Source of the DNA: Macrostomum lignano
Lineage: Eukaryota
DNA: 64,000 nucleotides
Assembly: GCA_002269645.1 (NCBI GenBank)
Contig: NIVC01004022.1
Coordinates: 1 to 64,000, forward strand
Direction of reading: 5' to 3'
Of the stretch, positions 46,201 to 61,200 are shown in pieces. Within the stretch, counting starts at the first letter, position 1. Every line of letters starts with the position of its first letter. The notes under the pieces are model-generated. The model was not told the origin of the DNA, made no database searches, and saw nothing but the letters and a program-made list of their open reading frames with translations. The position numbers were made by a program, and so were the translations under genes.

Positions 46201-49200
46201 TGGTTCCTGTCGAAGTACACTAAAGTACTTTCTGCATATTAATGTACTGAGCAGGGGGACTTGGGAGTCTGTAAGTTCGAGTAGGGAACAGATGGAGCCT
46301 TGGCGTCTTGTAGGCTTCTAGATTGATAATGTTTCCTTCCAGATCTCAGTTTTCAGCTTCGTACTCACAATGGTTCCTGTCGAAGTACACTAAAGTACTT
46401 TCTGCATATTAATGTACTGAGCAGGGGGGACTTGGGAGTCTGTAAGTTCGAGTAGGGAACAGATGGAGCCTTGGCGTCTTGTAGGCTTCTAGATTGATAA
46501 TGTTTCCTTCCAGATCTCAGTTTTCAGCTTCGTACTCACAATGGTTCCTGTCGAAGTACACTAAAGTACTTTCTGCATATTAATGTACTGAGCAGGGGGA
46601 CTTGGGAGTCTGTAAGTTCGAGTAGGGAACAGATGGAGCCTTGGCGTCTTGTAGGCTTCTAGATTGATAATGTTTCCTTCCAGATCTCAGTTTTCAGCTT
46701 CGTACTCACAATGGTTCCTGTCGAAGTACACTAAAGTACTTTCTGCATATTAATGTACTGAGCAGGGGGGACTTGGGAGTCTGTAAGTTCGAGTAGGGAA
46801 CAGATGGAGCCTTGGCGTCTTGTAGGCTTCTAGATTGATAATGTTTCCTTCCAGATCTCAGTTTTCAGCTTCGTACTCACAATGGTTCCTGTCGAAGTAC
46901 ACTAAAGTACTTTCTGCATATTAATGTACTGAGCAGGGGGGACTTGGGAGTCTGTAAGTTCGAGTAGGGAACAGATGGAGCCTTGGCGTCTTGTAGGCTT
47001 CTAGATTGATAATGTTTCCTTCCAGATCTCAGTTTTCAGCTTCGTACTCACAATGGTTCCTGTCGAAGTACACTAAAGTACTTTCTGCATATGTACTGAG
47101 CAGGGGGACTTGGGAGTCTGTAAGTTCGAGTAGGGAACAGATGGAGCCTTGGCGTCTTGTAGGCTTCTAGATTGATAATGTTTCCTTCCAGATCTCAGTT
47201 TTCAGCTTCGTACTCACAATGGTTCCTGTCGAAGTACACTAAAGTACTTTCTGCATATTAATGTACTGAGCAGGGGGGACTTGGGAGTCTGTAAGTTCGA
47301 GTAGGGAACAGATGGAGCCTTGGCGTCTTGTAGGCTTCTAGATTGATAATGTTTCCTTCCAGATCTCAGTTTTCAGCTTCGTACTCACAATGGTTCCTGT
47401 CGAAGTACACTAAAGTACTTTCTGCATATTAATGTACTGAGCAGGGGGGACTTGGGAGTCTGTAAGTTCGAGTAGGGAACAGATGGAGCCTTGGCGTCTT
47501 GTAGGCTTCTAGATTGATAATGTTTCCTTCCAGATCTCAGTTTTCAGCTTCGTACTCACAATGGTTCCTGTCGAAGTACACTAAAGTACTTTCTGCATAT
47601 GTACTGAGCAGGGGGGACTTGGGAGTCTGTAAGTTCGAGTAGGGAACAGATGGAGCCTTGGCGTCTTGTAGGCTTCTAGATTGATAATGTTTCCTTCCAG
47701 ATCTCAGTTTTCAGCTTCGTACTCACAATGGTTCCTGTCGAAGTACACTAAAGTACTTTCTGCATATTAATGTACTGAGCAGGGGGGACTTGGGAGTCTG
47801 TAAGTTCGAGTAGGGAACAGATGGAGCCTTGGCGTCTTGTAGGCTTCTAGATTGATAATGTTTCCTTCCAGATCTCAGTTTTCAGCTTCGTACTCACAAT
47901 GGTTCCTGTCGAAGTACACTAAAGTACTTTCTGCATATTAATGTACTGAGCAGGGGGGACTTGGGAGTCTGTAAGTTCGAGTAGGGAACAGATGGAGCCT
48001 TGGCGTCTTGTAGGCTTCTAGATTGATAATGTTTCCTTCCAGATCTCAGTTTTCAGCTTCGTACTCACAATGGTTCCTGTCGAAGTACACTAAAGTACTT
48101 TCTGCATATTAATGTACTGAGCAGGGGGGACTTGGGAGTCTGTAAGTTCGAGTAGGGAACAGATGGAGCCTTGGCGTCTTGTAGGCTTCTAGATTGATAA
48201 TGTTTCCTTCCAGATCTCAGTTTTCAGCTTCGTACTCACAATGGTTCCTGTCGAAGTACACTAAAGTACTTTCTGCATATTAATGTACTGAGCAGGGGGG
48301 ACTTGGGAGTCTGTAAGTTCGAGTAGGGAACAGATGGAGCCTTGGCGTCTTGTAGGCTTCTAGATTGATAATGTTTCCTTCCAGATCTCAGTTTTCAGCT
48401 TCGTACTCACAATGGTTCTGTCGAAGTACACTAAAGTACTTTCTGCATATTAATGTACTGAGCAGGGGGGACTTGGGAGTCTGTAAGTTCGAGTAGGGAA
48501 CAGATGGAGCCTTGGCGTCTTGTAGGCTTCTAGATTGATAATGTTTCCTTCCAGATCTCAGTTTTCAGCTTCGTACTCACAATGGTTCTGTCGAAGTACA
48601 CTAAAGTACTTTCTGCATATTAATGTACTGAGCAGGGGGACTTGGGAGTCTGTAAGTTCGAGTAGGGAACAGATGGAGCCTTGGCGTCTTGTAGGCTTCT
48701 AGATTGATAATGTTTCCTTCCAGATCTCAGTTTTCAGCTTCGTACTCACAATGGTTCCTGTCGAAGTACACTAAAGTACTTTCTGCATATTAATGTACTG
48801 AGCAGGGGGGACTTGGGAGTCTGTAAGTTCGAGTAGGGAACAGATGGAGCCTTGGCGTCTTGTAGGCTTCTAGATTGATAATGTTTCCTTCCAGATCTCA
48901 GTTTTCAGCTTCGTACTCACAATGGTTCTGTCGAAGTACACTAAAGTACTTTCTGCATATTAATGTACTGAGCAGGGGGACTTGGGAGTCTGTAAGTTCG
49001 AGTAGGGAACAGATGGAGCCTTGGCGTCTTGTAGGCTTCTAGATTGATAATGTTTCCTTCCAGATCTCAGTTTTCAGCTTCGTACTCACAATGGTTCTGT
49101 CGAAGTACACTAAAGTACTTTCTGCATATTAATGTACTGAGCAGGGGGGACTTGGGAGTCTGTAAGTTCGAGTAGGGAACAGATGGAGCCTTGGCGTCTT

Positions 49201-52200
49201 GTAGGCTTCTAGATTGATAATGTTTCCTTCCAGATCTCAGTTTTCAGCTTCGTACTCACAATGGTTCTGTCGAAGTACACTAAAGTACTTTCTGCATATT
49301 AATGTACTGAGCAGGGGGGACTTGGGAGTCTGTAAGTTCGAGTAGGGAACAGATGGAGCCTTGGCGTCTTGTAGGCTTCTAGATTGATAATGTTTCCTTC
49401 CAGATCTCAGTTTTCAGCTTCGTACTCACAATGGTTCTGTCGAAGTACACTAAAGTACTTTCTGCATATTAATGTACTGAGCAGGGGGACTTGGGAGTCT
49501 GTAAGTTCGAGTAGGGAACAGATGGAGCCTTGGCGTCTTGTAGGCTTCTAGATTGATAATGTTTCCTTCCAGATCTCAGTTTTCAGCTTCGTACTCACAA
49601 TGGTTCTGTCGAAGTACACTAAAGTACTTTCTGCATATTAATGTACTGAGCAGGGGGGACTTGGGAGTCTGTAAGTTCGAGTAGGGAACAGATGGAGCCT
49701 TGGCGTCTTGTAGGCTTCTAGATTGATAATGTTTCCTTCCAGATCTCAGTTTTCAGCTTCGTACTCACAATGGTTCTGTCGAAGTACACTAAAGTACTTT
49801 CTGCATATTAATGTACTGAGCAGGGGGGACTTGGGAGTCTGTAAGTTCGAGTAGGGAACAGATGGAGCCTTGGCGTCTTGTAGGCTTCTAGATTGATAAT
49901 GTTTCCTTCCAGATCTCAGTTTTCAGCTTCGTACTCACAATGGTTCTGTCGAAGTACACTAAAGTACTTTCTGCATATTAATGTACTGAGCAGGGGGGAC
50001 TTGGGAGTCTGTAAGTTCGAGTAGGGAACAGATGGAGCCTTGGCGTCTTGTAGGCTTCTAGATTGATAATGTTTCCTTCCAGATCTCAGTTTTCAGCTTC
50101 GTACTCACAATGGTTCTGTCGAAGTACACTAAAGTACTTTCTGCATATTAATGTACTGAGCAGGGGGGACTTGGGAGTCTGTAAGTTCGAGTAGGGAACA
50201 GATGGAGCCTTGGCGTCTTGTAGGCTTCTAGATTGATAATGTTTCCTTCCAGATCTCAGTTTTCAGCTTCGTACTCACAATGGTTCTGTCGAAGTACACT
50301 AAAGTACTTTCTGCATATTAATGTACTGAGCAGGGGGGACTTGGGAGTCTGTAAGTTCGAGTAGGGAACAGATGGAGCCTTGGCGTCTTGTAGGCTTCTA
50401 GATTGATAATGTTTCCTTCCAGATCTCAGTTTTCAGCTTCGTACTCACAATGGTTCTGTCGAAGTACACTAAAGTACTTTCTGCATATTAATGTACTGAG
50501 CAGGGGGGACTTGGGAGTCTGTAAGTTCGAGTAGGGAACAGATGGAGCCTTGGCGTCTTGTAGGCTTCTAGATTGATAATGTTTCCTTCCAGATCTCAGT
50601 TTTCAGCTTCGTACTCACAATGGTTCTTGTCGAAGTACACTAAAGTACTTTCTGCATATTAATGTACTGAGCAGGGGGGACTTGGGAGTCTGTAAGTTCG
50701 AGTAGGGAACAGATGGAGCCTTGGCGTCTTGTAGGCTTCTAGATTGATAATGTTTCCTTCCAGATCTCAGTTTTCAGCTTCGTACTCACAATGGTTCTGT
50801 CGAAGTACACTAAAGTACTTTCTGCATATTAATGTACTGAGCAGGGGGGACTTGGGAGTCTGTAAGTTCGAGTAGGGAACAGATGGAGCCTTGGCGTCTT
50901 GTAGGCTTCTAGATTGATAATGTTTCCTTCCAGATCTCAGTTTTCAGCTTCGTACTCACAATGGTTCTGTCGAAGTACACTAAAGTACTTTCTGCATATT
51001 AATGTACTGAGCAGGGGGGACTTGGGAGTCTGTAAGTTCGAGTAGGGAACAGATGGAGCCTTGGCGTCTTGTAGGCTTCTAGATTGATAATGTTTCCTTC
51101 CAGATCTCAGTTTTCAGCTTCGTACTCACAATGGTTCTTGTCGAAGTACACTAAAGTACTTTCTGCATATTAATGTACTGAGCAGGGGGGACTTGGGAGT
51201 CTGTAAGTTCGAGTAGGGAACAGATGGAGCCTTGGCGTCTTGTAGGCTTCTAGATTGATAATGTTTCCTTCCAGATCTCAGTTTTCAGCTTCGTACTCAC
51301 AATGGTTCTGTCGAAGTACACTAAAGTACTTTCTGCATATTAATGTACTGAGCAGGGGGGACTTGGGAGTCTGTAAGTTCGAGTAGGGAACAGATGGAGC
51401 CTTGGCGTCTTGTAGGCTTCTAGATTGATAATGTTTCCTTCCAGATCTCAGTTTTCAGCTTCGTACTCACAATGGTTCTGTCGAAGTACACTAAAGTACT
51501 TTCTGCATATTAATGTACTGAGCAGGGGGGACTTGGGAGTCTGTAAGTTCGAGTAGGGAACAGATGGAGCCTTGGCGTCTTGTAGGCTTCTAGATTGATA
51601 ATGTTTCCTTCCAGATCTCAGTTTTCAGCTTCGTACTCACAATGGTTCTGTCGAAGTACACTAAAGTACTTTCTGCATATTAATGTACTGAGCAGGGGGG
51701 ACTTGGGAGTCTGTAAGTTCGAGTAGGGAACAGATGGAGCCTTGGCGTCTTGTAGGCTTCTAGATTGATAATGTTTCCTTCCAGATCTCAGTTTTCAGCT
51801 TCGTACTCACAATGGTTCTGTCGAAGTACACTAAAGTACTTTCTGCATATTAATGTACTGAGCAGGGGGGACTTGGGAGTCTGTAAGTTCGAGTAGGGAA
51901 CAGATGGAGCCTTGGCGTCTTGTAGGCTTCTAGATTGATAATGTTTCCTTCCAGATCTCAGTTTTCAGCTTCGTACTCACAATGGTTCTGTCGAAGTACA
52001 CTAAAGTACTTTCTGCATATTAATGTACTGAGCAGGGGGGACTTGGGAGTCTGTAAGTTCGAGTAGGGAACAGATGGAGCCTTGGCGTCTTGTAGGCTTC
52101 TAGATTGATAATGTTTCCTTCCAGATCTCAGTTTTCAGCTTCGTACTCACAATGGTTCTGTCGAAGTACACTAAAGTACTTTCTGCATATTAATGTACTG

Positions 52201-55200
52201 AGCAGGGGGGACTTGGGAGTCTGTAAGTTCGAGTAGGGAACAGATGGAGCCTTGGCGTCTTGTAGGCTTCTAGATTGATAATGTTTCCTTCCAGATCTCA
52301 GTTTTCAGCTTCGTACTCACAATGGTTCTTGTCGAAGTACACTAAAGTACTTTCTGCATATTAATGTACTGAGCAGGGGGGACTTGGGAGTCTGTAAGTT
52401 CGAGTAGGGAACAGATGGAGCCTTGGCGTCTTGTAGGCTTCTAGATTGATAATGTTTCCTTCCAGATCTCAGTTTTCAGCTTCGTACTCACAATGGTTCT
52501 TGTCGAAGTACACTAAAGTACTTTCTGCATATTAATGTACTGAGCAGGGGGGACTTGGGAGTCTGTAAGTTCGAGTAGGGAACAGATGGAGCCTTGGCGT
52601 CTTGTAGGCTTCTAGATTGATAATGTTTCCTTCCAGATCTCAGTTTTCAGCTTCGTACTCACAATGGTTCTTGTCGAAGTACACTAAAGTACTTTCTGCA
52701 TATTAATGTACTGAGCAGGGGGGACTTGGGAGTCTGTAAGTTCGAGTAGGGAACAGATGGAGCCTTGGCGTCTTGTAGGCTTCTAGATTGATAATGTTTC
52801 CTTCCAGATCTCAGTTTTCAGCTTCGTACTCACAATGGTTCTTGTCGAAGTACACTAAAGTACTTTCTGCATATTAATGTACTGAGCAGGGGGGACTTGG
52901 GAGTCTGTAAGTTCGAGTAGGGAACAGATGGAGCCTTGGCGTCTTGTAGGCTTCTAGATTGATAATGTTTCCTTCCAGATCTCAGTTTTCAGCTTCGTAC
53001 TCACAATGGTTCTTGTCGAAGTACACTAAAGTACTTTCTGCATATTAATGTACTGAGCAGGGGGGACTTGGGAGTCTGTAAGTTCGAGTAGGGAACAGAT
53101 GGAGCCTTGGCGTCTTGTAGGCTTCTAGATTGATAATGTTTCCTTCCAGATCTCAGTTTTCAGCTTCGTACTCACAATGGTTCTGTCGAAGTACACTAAA
53201 GTACTTTCTGCATATTAATGTACTGAGCAGGGGGGACTTGGGAGTCTGTAAGTTCGAGTAGGGAACAGATGGAGCCTTGGCGTCTTGTAGGCTTCTAGAT
53301 TGATAATGTTTCCTTCCAGATCTCAGTTTTCAGCTTCGTACTCACAATGGTTCTGTCGAAGTACACTAAAGTACTTTCTGCATATTAATGTACTGAGCAG
53401 GGGGGACTTGGGAGTCTGTAAGTTCGAGTAGGGAACAGATGGAGCCTTGGCGTCTTGTAGGCTTCTAGATTGATAATGTTTCCTTCCAGATCTCAGTTTT
53501 CAGCTTCGTACTCACAATGGTTCTGTCGAAGTACACTAAAGTACTTTCTGCATATTAATGTACTGAGCAGGGGGGACTTGGGAGTCTGTAAGTTCGAGTA
53601 GGGAACAGATGGAGCCTTGGCGTCTTGTAGGCTTCTAGATTGATAATGTTTCCTTCCAGATCTCAGTTTTCAGCTTCGTACTCACAATGGTTCTGTCGAA
53701 GTACACTAAAGTACTTTCTGCATATTAATGTACTGAGCAGGGGGGACTTGGGAGTCTGTAAGTTCGAGTAGGGAACAGATGGAGCCTTGGCGTCTTGTAG
53801 GCTTCTAGATTGATAATGTTTCCTTCCAGATCTCAGTTTTCAGCTTCGTACTCACAATGGTTCTGTCGAAGTACACTAAAGTACTTTCTGCATATTAATG
53901 TACTGAGCAGGGGGGACTTGGGAGTCTGTAAGTTCGAGTAGGGAACAGATGGAGCCTTGGCGTCTTGTAGGCTTCTAGATTGATAATGTTTCCTTCCAGA
54001 TCTCAGTTTTCAGCTTCGTACTCACAATGGTTCTGTCGAAGTACACTAAAGTACTTTCTGCATATTAATGTACTGAGCAGGGGGGACTTGGGAGTCTGTA
54101 AGTTCGAGTAGGGAACAGATGGAGCCTTGGCGTCTTGTAGGCTTCTAGATTGATAATGTTTCCTTCCAGATCTCAGTTTTCAGCTTCGTACTCACAATGG
54201 TTCTGTCGAAGTACACTAAAGTACTTTCTGCATATTAATGTACTGAGCAGGGGGGACTTGGGAGTCTGTAAGTTCGAGTAGGGAACAGATGGAGCCTTGG
54301 CGTCTTGTAGGCTTCTAGATTGATAATGTTTCCTTCCAGATCTCAGTTTTCAGCTTCGTACTCACAATGGTTCTGTCGAAGTACACTAAAGTACTTTCTG
54401 CATATTAATGTACTGAGCAGGGGGGACTTGGGAGTCTGTAAGTTCGAGTAGGGAACAGATGGAGCCTTGGCGTCTTGTAGGCTTCTAGATTGATAATGTT
54501 TCCTTCCAGATCTCAGTTTTCAGCTTCGTACTCACAATGGTTCTGTCGAAGTACACTAAAGTACTTTCTGCATATTAATGTACTGAGCAGGGGGACTTGG
54601 GAGTCTGTAAGTTCGAGTAGGGAACAGATGGAGCCTTGGCGTCTTGTAGGCTTCTAGATTGATAATGTTTCCTTCCAGATCTCAGTTTTCAGCTTCGTAC
54701 TCACAATGGTTCTGTCGAAGTACACTAAAGTACTTTCTGCATATTAATGTACTGAGCAGGGGGGACTTGGGAGTCTGTAAGTTCGAGTAGGGAACAGATG
54801 GAGCCTTGGCGTCTTGTAGGCTTCTAGATTGATAATGTTTCCTTCCAGATCTCAGTTTTCAGCTTCGTACTCACAATGGTTCTGTCGAAGTACACTAAAG
54901 TACTTTCTGCATATTAATGTACTGAGCAGGGGGGACTTGGGAGTCTGTAAGTTCGAGTAGGGAACAGATGGAGCCTTGGCGTCTTGTAGGCTTCTAGATT
55001 GATAATGTTTCCTTCCAGATCTCAGTTTTCAGCTTCGTACTCACAATGGTTCTTGTCGAAGTACACTAAAGTACTTTCTGCATATTAATGTACTGAGCAG
55101 GGGGACTTGGGAGTCTGTAAGTTCGAGTAGGGAACAGATGGAGCCTTGGCGTCTTGTAGGCTTCTAGATTGATAATGTTTCCTTCCAGATCTCAGTTTTC

Positions 55201-58200
55201 AGCTTCGTACTCACAATGGTTCTGTCGAAGTACACTAAAGTACTTTCTGCATATTAATGTACTGAGCAGGGGGGACTTGGGAGTCTGTAAGTTCGAGTAG
55301 GGAACAGATGGAGCCTTGGCGTCTTGTAGGCTTCTAGATTGATAATGTTTCCTTCCAGATCTCAGTTTTCAGCTTCGTACTCACAATGGTTCTTGTCGAA
55401 GTACACTAAAGTACTTTCTGCATATTAATGTACTGAGCAGGGGGGACTTGGGAGTCTGTAAGTTCGAGTAGGGAACAGATGGAGCCTTGGCGTCTTGTAG
55501 GCTTCTAGATTGATAATGTTTCCTTCCAGATCTCAGTTTTCAGCTTCGTACTCACAATGGTTCTGTCGAAGTACACTAAAGTACTTTCTGCATATTAATG
55601 TACTGAGCAGGGGGGACTTGGGAGTCTGTAAGTTCGAGTAGGGAACAGATGGAGCCTTGGCGTCTTGTAGGCTTCTAGATTGATAATGTTTCCTTCCAGA
55701 TCTCAGTTTTCAGCTTCGTACTCACAATGGTTCTGTCGAAGTACACTAAAGTACTTTCTGCATATTAATGTACTGAGCAGGGGGGACTTGGGAGTCTGTA
55801 AGTTCGAGTAGGGAACAGATGGAGCCTTGGCGTCTTGTAGGCTTCTAGATTGATAATGTTTCCTTCCAGATCTCAGTTTTCAGCTTCGTACTCACAATGG
55901 TTCTGTCGAAGTACACTAAAGTACTTTCTGCATATTAATGTACTGAGCAGGGGGACTTGGGAGTCTGTAAGTTCGAGTAGGGAACAGATGGAGCCTTGGC
56001 GTCTTGTAGGCTTCTAGATTGATAATGTTTCCTTCCAGATCTCAGTTTTCAGCTTCGTACTCACAATGGTTCTGTCGAAGTACACTAAAGTACTTTCTGC
56101 ATATTAATGTACTGAGCAGGGGGGACTTGGGAGTCTGTAAGTTCGAGTAGGGAACAGATGGAGCCTTGGCGTCTTGTAGGCTTCTAGATTGATAATGTTT
56201 CCTTCCAGATCTCAGTTTTCAGCTTCGTACTCACAATGGTTCTGTCGAAGTACACTAAAGTACTTTCTGCATATTAATGTACTGAGCAGGGGGGACTTGG
56301 GAGTCTGTAAGTTCGAGTAGGGAACAGATGGAGCCTTGGCGTCTTGTAGGCTTCTAGATTGATAATGTTTCCTTCCAGATCTCAGTTTTCAGCTTCGTAC
56401 TCACAATGGTTCTGTCGAAGTACACTAAAGTACTTTCTGCATATTAATGTACTGAGCAGGGGGGACTTGGGAGTCTGTAAGTTCGAGTAGGGAACAGATG
56501 GAGCCTTGGCGTCTTGTAGGCTTCTAGATTGATAATGTTTCCTTCCAGATCTCAGTTTTCAGCTTCGTACTCACAATGGTTCTGTCGAAGTACACTAAAG
56601 TACTTTCTGCATATTAATGTACTGAGCAGGGGGGACTTGGGAGTCTGTAAGTTCGAGTAGGGAACAGATGGAGCCTTGGCGTCTTGTAGGCTTCTAGATT
56701 GATAATGTTTCCTTCCAGATCTCAGTTTTCAGCTTCGTACTCACAATGGTTCTTGTCGAAGTACACTAAAGTACTTTCTGCATATTAATGTACTGAGCAG
56801 GGGGGACTTGGGAGTCTGTAAGTTCGAGTAGGGAACAGATGGAGCCTTGGCGTCTTGTAGGCTTCTAGATTGATAATGTTTCCTTCCAGATCTCAGTTTT
56901 CAGCTTCGTACTCACAATGGTTCTGTCGAAGTACACTAAAGTACTTTCTGCATATTAATGTACTGAGCAGGGGGACTTGGGAGTCTGTAAGTTCGAGTAG
57001 GGAACAGATGGAGCCTTGGCGTCTTGTAGGCTTCTAGATTGATAATGTTTCCTTCCAGATCTCAGTTTTCAGCTTCGTACTCACAATGGTTCTTCGAAGT
57101 ACACTAAAGTACTTTCTGCATATTAATGTACTGAGCAGGGGGGACTTGGGAGTCTGTAAGTTCGAGTAGGGAACAGATGGAGCCTTGGCGTCTTGTAGGC
57201 TTCTAGATTGATAATGTTTCCTTCCAGATCTCAGTTTTCAGCTTCGTACTCACAATGGTTCTGTCGAAGTACACTAAAGTACTTTCTGCATATTAATGTA
57301 CTGAGCAGGGGGGACTTGGGAGTCTGTAAGTTCGAGTAGGGAACAGATGGAGCCTTGGCGTCTTGTAGGCTTCTAGATTGATAATGTTTCCTTCCAGATC
57401 TCAGTTTTCAGCTTCGTACTCACAATGGTTCTTGTCGAAGTACACTAAAGTACTTTCTGCATATTAATGTACTGAGCAGGGGGGACTTGGGAGTCTGTAA
57501 GTTCGAGTAGGGAACAGATGGAGCCTTGGCGTCTTGTAGGCTTCTAGATTGATAATGTTTCCTTCCAGATCTCAGTTTTCAGCTTCGTACTCACAATGGT
57601 TCTGTCGAAGTACACTAAAGTACTTTCTGCATATTAATGTACTGAGCAGGGGGGACTTGGGAGTCTGTAAGTTCGAGTAGGGAACAGATGGAGCCTTGGC
57701 GTCTTGTAGGCTTCTAGATTGATAATGTTTCCTTCCAGATCTCAGTTTTCAGCTTCGTACTCACAATGGTTCTTGTCGAAGTACACTAAAGTACTTTCTG
57801 CATATTAATGTACTGAGCAGGGGGGACTTGGGAGTCTGTAAGTTCGAGTAGGGAACAGATGGAGCCTTGGCGTCTTGTAGGCTTCTAGATTGATAATGTT
57901 TCCTTCCAGATCTCAGTTTTCAGCTTCGTACTCACAATGGTTCTTGTCGAAGTACACTAAAGTACTTTCTGCATATTAATGTACTGAGCAGGGGGGACTT
58001 GGGAGTCTGTAAGTTCGAGTAGGGAACAGATGGAGCCTTGGCGTCTTGTAGGCTTCTAGATTGATAATGTTTCCTTCCAGATCTCAGTTTTCAGCTTCGT
58101 ACTCACAATGGTTCTGTCGAAGTACACTAAAGTACTTTCTGCATATTAATGTACTGAGCAGGGGGGACTTGGGAGTCTGTAAGTTCGAGTAGGGAACAGA

Positions 58201-61200
58201 TGGAGCCTTGGCGTCTTGTAGGCTTCTAGATTGATAATGTTTCCTTCCAGATCTCAGTTTTCAGCTTCGTACTCACAATGGTTCTGTCGAAGTACACTAA
58301 AGTACTTTCTGCATATTAATGTACTGAGCAGGGGGGACTTGGGAGTCTGTAAGTTCGAGTAGGGAACAGATGGAGCCTTGGCGTCTTGTAGGCTTCTAGA
58401 TTGATAATGTTTCCTTCCAGATCTCAGTTTTCAGCTTCGTACTCACAATGGTTCTGTCGAAGTACACTAAAGTACTTTCTGCATATTAATGTACTGAGCA
58501 GGGGGGACTTGGGAGTCTGTAAGTTCGAGTAGGGAACAGATGGAGCCTTGGCGTCTTGTAGGCTTCTAGATTGATAATGTTTCCTTCCAGATCTCAGTTT
58601 TCAGCTTCGTACTCACAATGGTTCTGTCGAAGTACACTAAAGTACTTTCTGCATATTAATGTACTGAGCAGGGGGGACTTGGGAGTCTGTAAGTTCGAGT
58701 AGGGAACAGATGGAGCCTTGGCGTCTTGTAGGCTTCTAGATTGATAATGTTTCCTTCCAGATCTCAGTTTTCAGCTTCGTACTCACAATGGTTCTGTCGA
58801 AGTACACTAAAGTACTTTCTGCATATTAATGTACTGAGCAGGGGGGACTTGGGAGTCTGTAAGTTCGAGTAGGGAACAGATGGAGCCTTGGCGTCTTGTA
58901 GGCTTCTAGATTGATAATGTTTCCTTCCAGATCTCAGTTTTCAGCTTCGTACTCACAATGGTTCTGTCGAAGTACACTAAAGTACTTTCTGCATATTAAT
59001 GTACTGAGCAGGGGGGACTTGGGAGTCTGTAAGTTCGAGTAGGGAACAGATGGAGCCTTGGCGTCTTGTAGGCTTCTAGATTGATAATGTTTCCTTCCAG
59101 ATCTCAGTTTTCAGCTTCGTACTCACAATGGTTCTGTCGAAGTACACTAAAGTACTTTCTGCATATTAATGTACTGAGCAGGGGGGACTTGGGAGTCTGT
59201 AAGTTCGAGTAGGGAACAGATGGAGCCTTGGCGTCTTGTAGGCTTCTAGATTGATAATGTTTCCTTCCAGATCTCAGTTTTCAGCTTCGTACTCACAATG
59301 GTTCTGTCGAAGTACACTAAAGTACTTTCTGCATATTAATGTACTGAGCAGGGGGACTTGGGAGTCTGTAAGTTCGAGTAGGGAACAGATGGAGCCTTGG
59401 CGTCTTGTAGGCTTCTAGATTGATAATGTTTCCTTCCAGATCTCAGTTTTCAGCTTCGTACTCACAATGGTTCTGTCGAAGTACACTAAAGTACTTTCTG
59501 CATATTAATGTACTGAGCAGGGGGGACTTGGGAGTCTGTAAGTTCGAGTAGGGAACAGATGGAGCCTTGGCGTCTTGTAGGCTTCTAGATTGATAATGTT
59601 TCCTTCCAGATCTCAGTTTTCAGCTTCGTACTCACAATGGTTCTGTCGAAGTACACTAAAGTACTTTCTGCATATTAATGTACTGAGCAGGGGGACTTGG
59701 GAGTCTGTAAGTTCGAGTAGGGAACAGATGGAGCCTTGGCGTCTTGTAGGCTTCTAGATTGATAATGTTTCCTTCCAGATCTCAGTTTTCAGCTTCGTAC
59801 TCACAATGGTTCTGTCGAAGTACACTAAAGTACTTTCTGCATATGTACTGAGCAGGGGGGACTTGGGAGTCTGTAAGTTCGAGTAGGGAACAGATGGAGC
59901 CTTGGCGTCTTGTAGGCTTCTAGATTGATAATGTTTCCTTCCAGATCTCAGTTTTCAGCTTCGTACTCACAATGGTTCCTGTCGAAGTACACTAAAGTAC
60001 TTTCTGCATATGTACTGAGCAGGGGGGACTTGGGAGTCTGTAAGTTCGAGTAGGGAACAGATGGAGCCTTGGCGTCTTGTAGGCTTCTAGATTGATAATG
60101 TTTCCTTCCAGATCTCAGTTTTCAGCTTCGTACTCACAATGGTTCTTGTCGAAGTACACTAAAGTACTTTCTGCATATTAATGTACTGAGCAGGGGGGAC
60201 TTGGGAGTCTGTAAGTTCGAGTAGGGAACAGATGGAGCCTTGGCGTCTTGTAGGCTTCTAGATTGATAATGTTTCCTTCCAGATCTCAGTTTTCAGCTTC
60301 GTACTCACAATGGTTCTTGTCGAAGTACACTAAAGTACTTTCTGCATATTAATGTACTGAGCAGGGGGACTTGGGAGTCTGTAAGTTCGAGTAGGGAACA
60401 GATGGAGCCTTGGCGTCTTGTAGGCTTCTAGATTGATAATGTTTCCTTCCAGATCTCAGTTTTCAGCTTCGTACTCACAATGGTTCTGTCGAAGTACACT
60501 AAAGTACTTTCTGCATATTAATGTACTGAGCAGGGGGGACTTGGGAGTCTGTAAGTTCGAGTAGGGAACAGATGGAGCCTTGGCGTCTTGTAGGCTTCTA
60601 GATTGATAATGTTTCCTTCCAGATCTCAGTTTTCAGCTTCGTACTCACAATGGTTCTTGTCGAAGTACACTAAAGTACTTTCTGCATATTAATGTACTGA
60701 GCAGGGGGACTTGGGAGTCTGTAAGTTCGAGTAGGGAACAGATGGAGCCTTGGCGTCTTGTAGGCTTCTAGATTGATAATGTTTCCTTCCAGATCTCAGT
60801 TTTCAGCTTCGTACTCACAATGGTTCTGTCGAAGTACACTAAAGTACTTTCTGCATATTAATGTACTGAGCAGGGGGGACTTGGGAGTCTGTAAGTTCGA
60901 GTAGGGAACAGATGGAGCCTTGGCGTCTTGTAGGCTTCTAGATTGATAATGTTTCCTTCCAGATCTCAGTTTTCAGCTTCGTACTCACAATGGTTCCTGT
61001 CGAAGTACACTAAAGTACTTTCTGCATATTAATGTACTGAGCAGGGGGGACTTGGGAGTCTGTAAGTTCGAGTAGGGAACAGATGGAGCCTTGGCGTCTT
61101 GTAGGCTTCTAGATTGATAATGTTTCCTTCCAGATCTCAGTTTTCAGCTTCGTACTCACAATGGTTCTGTCGAAGTACACTAAAGTACTTTCTGCATATT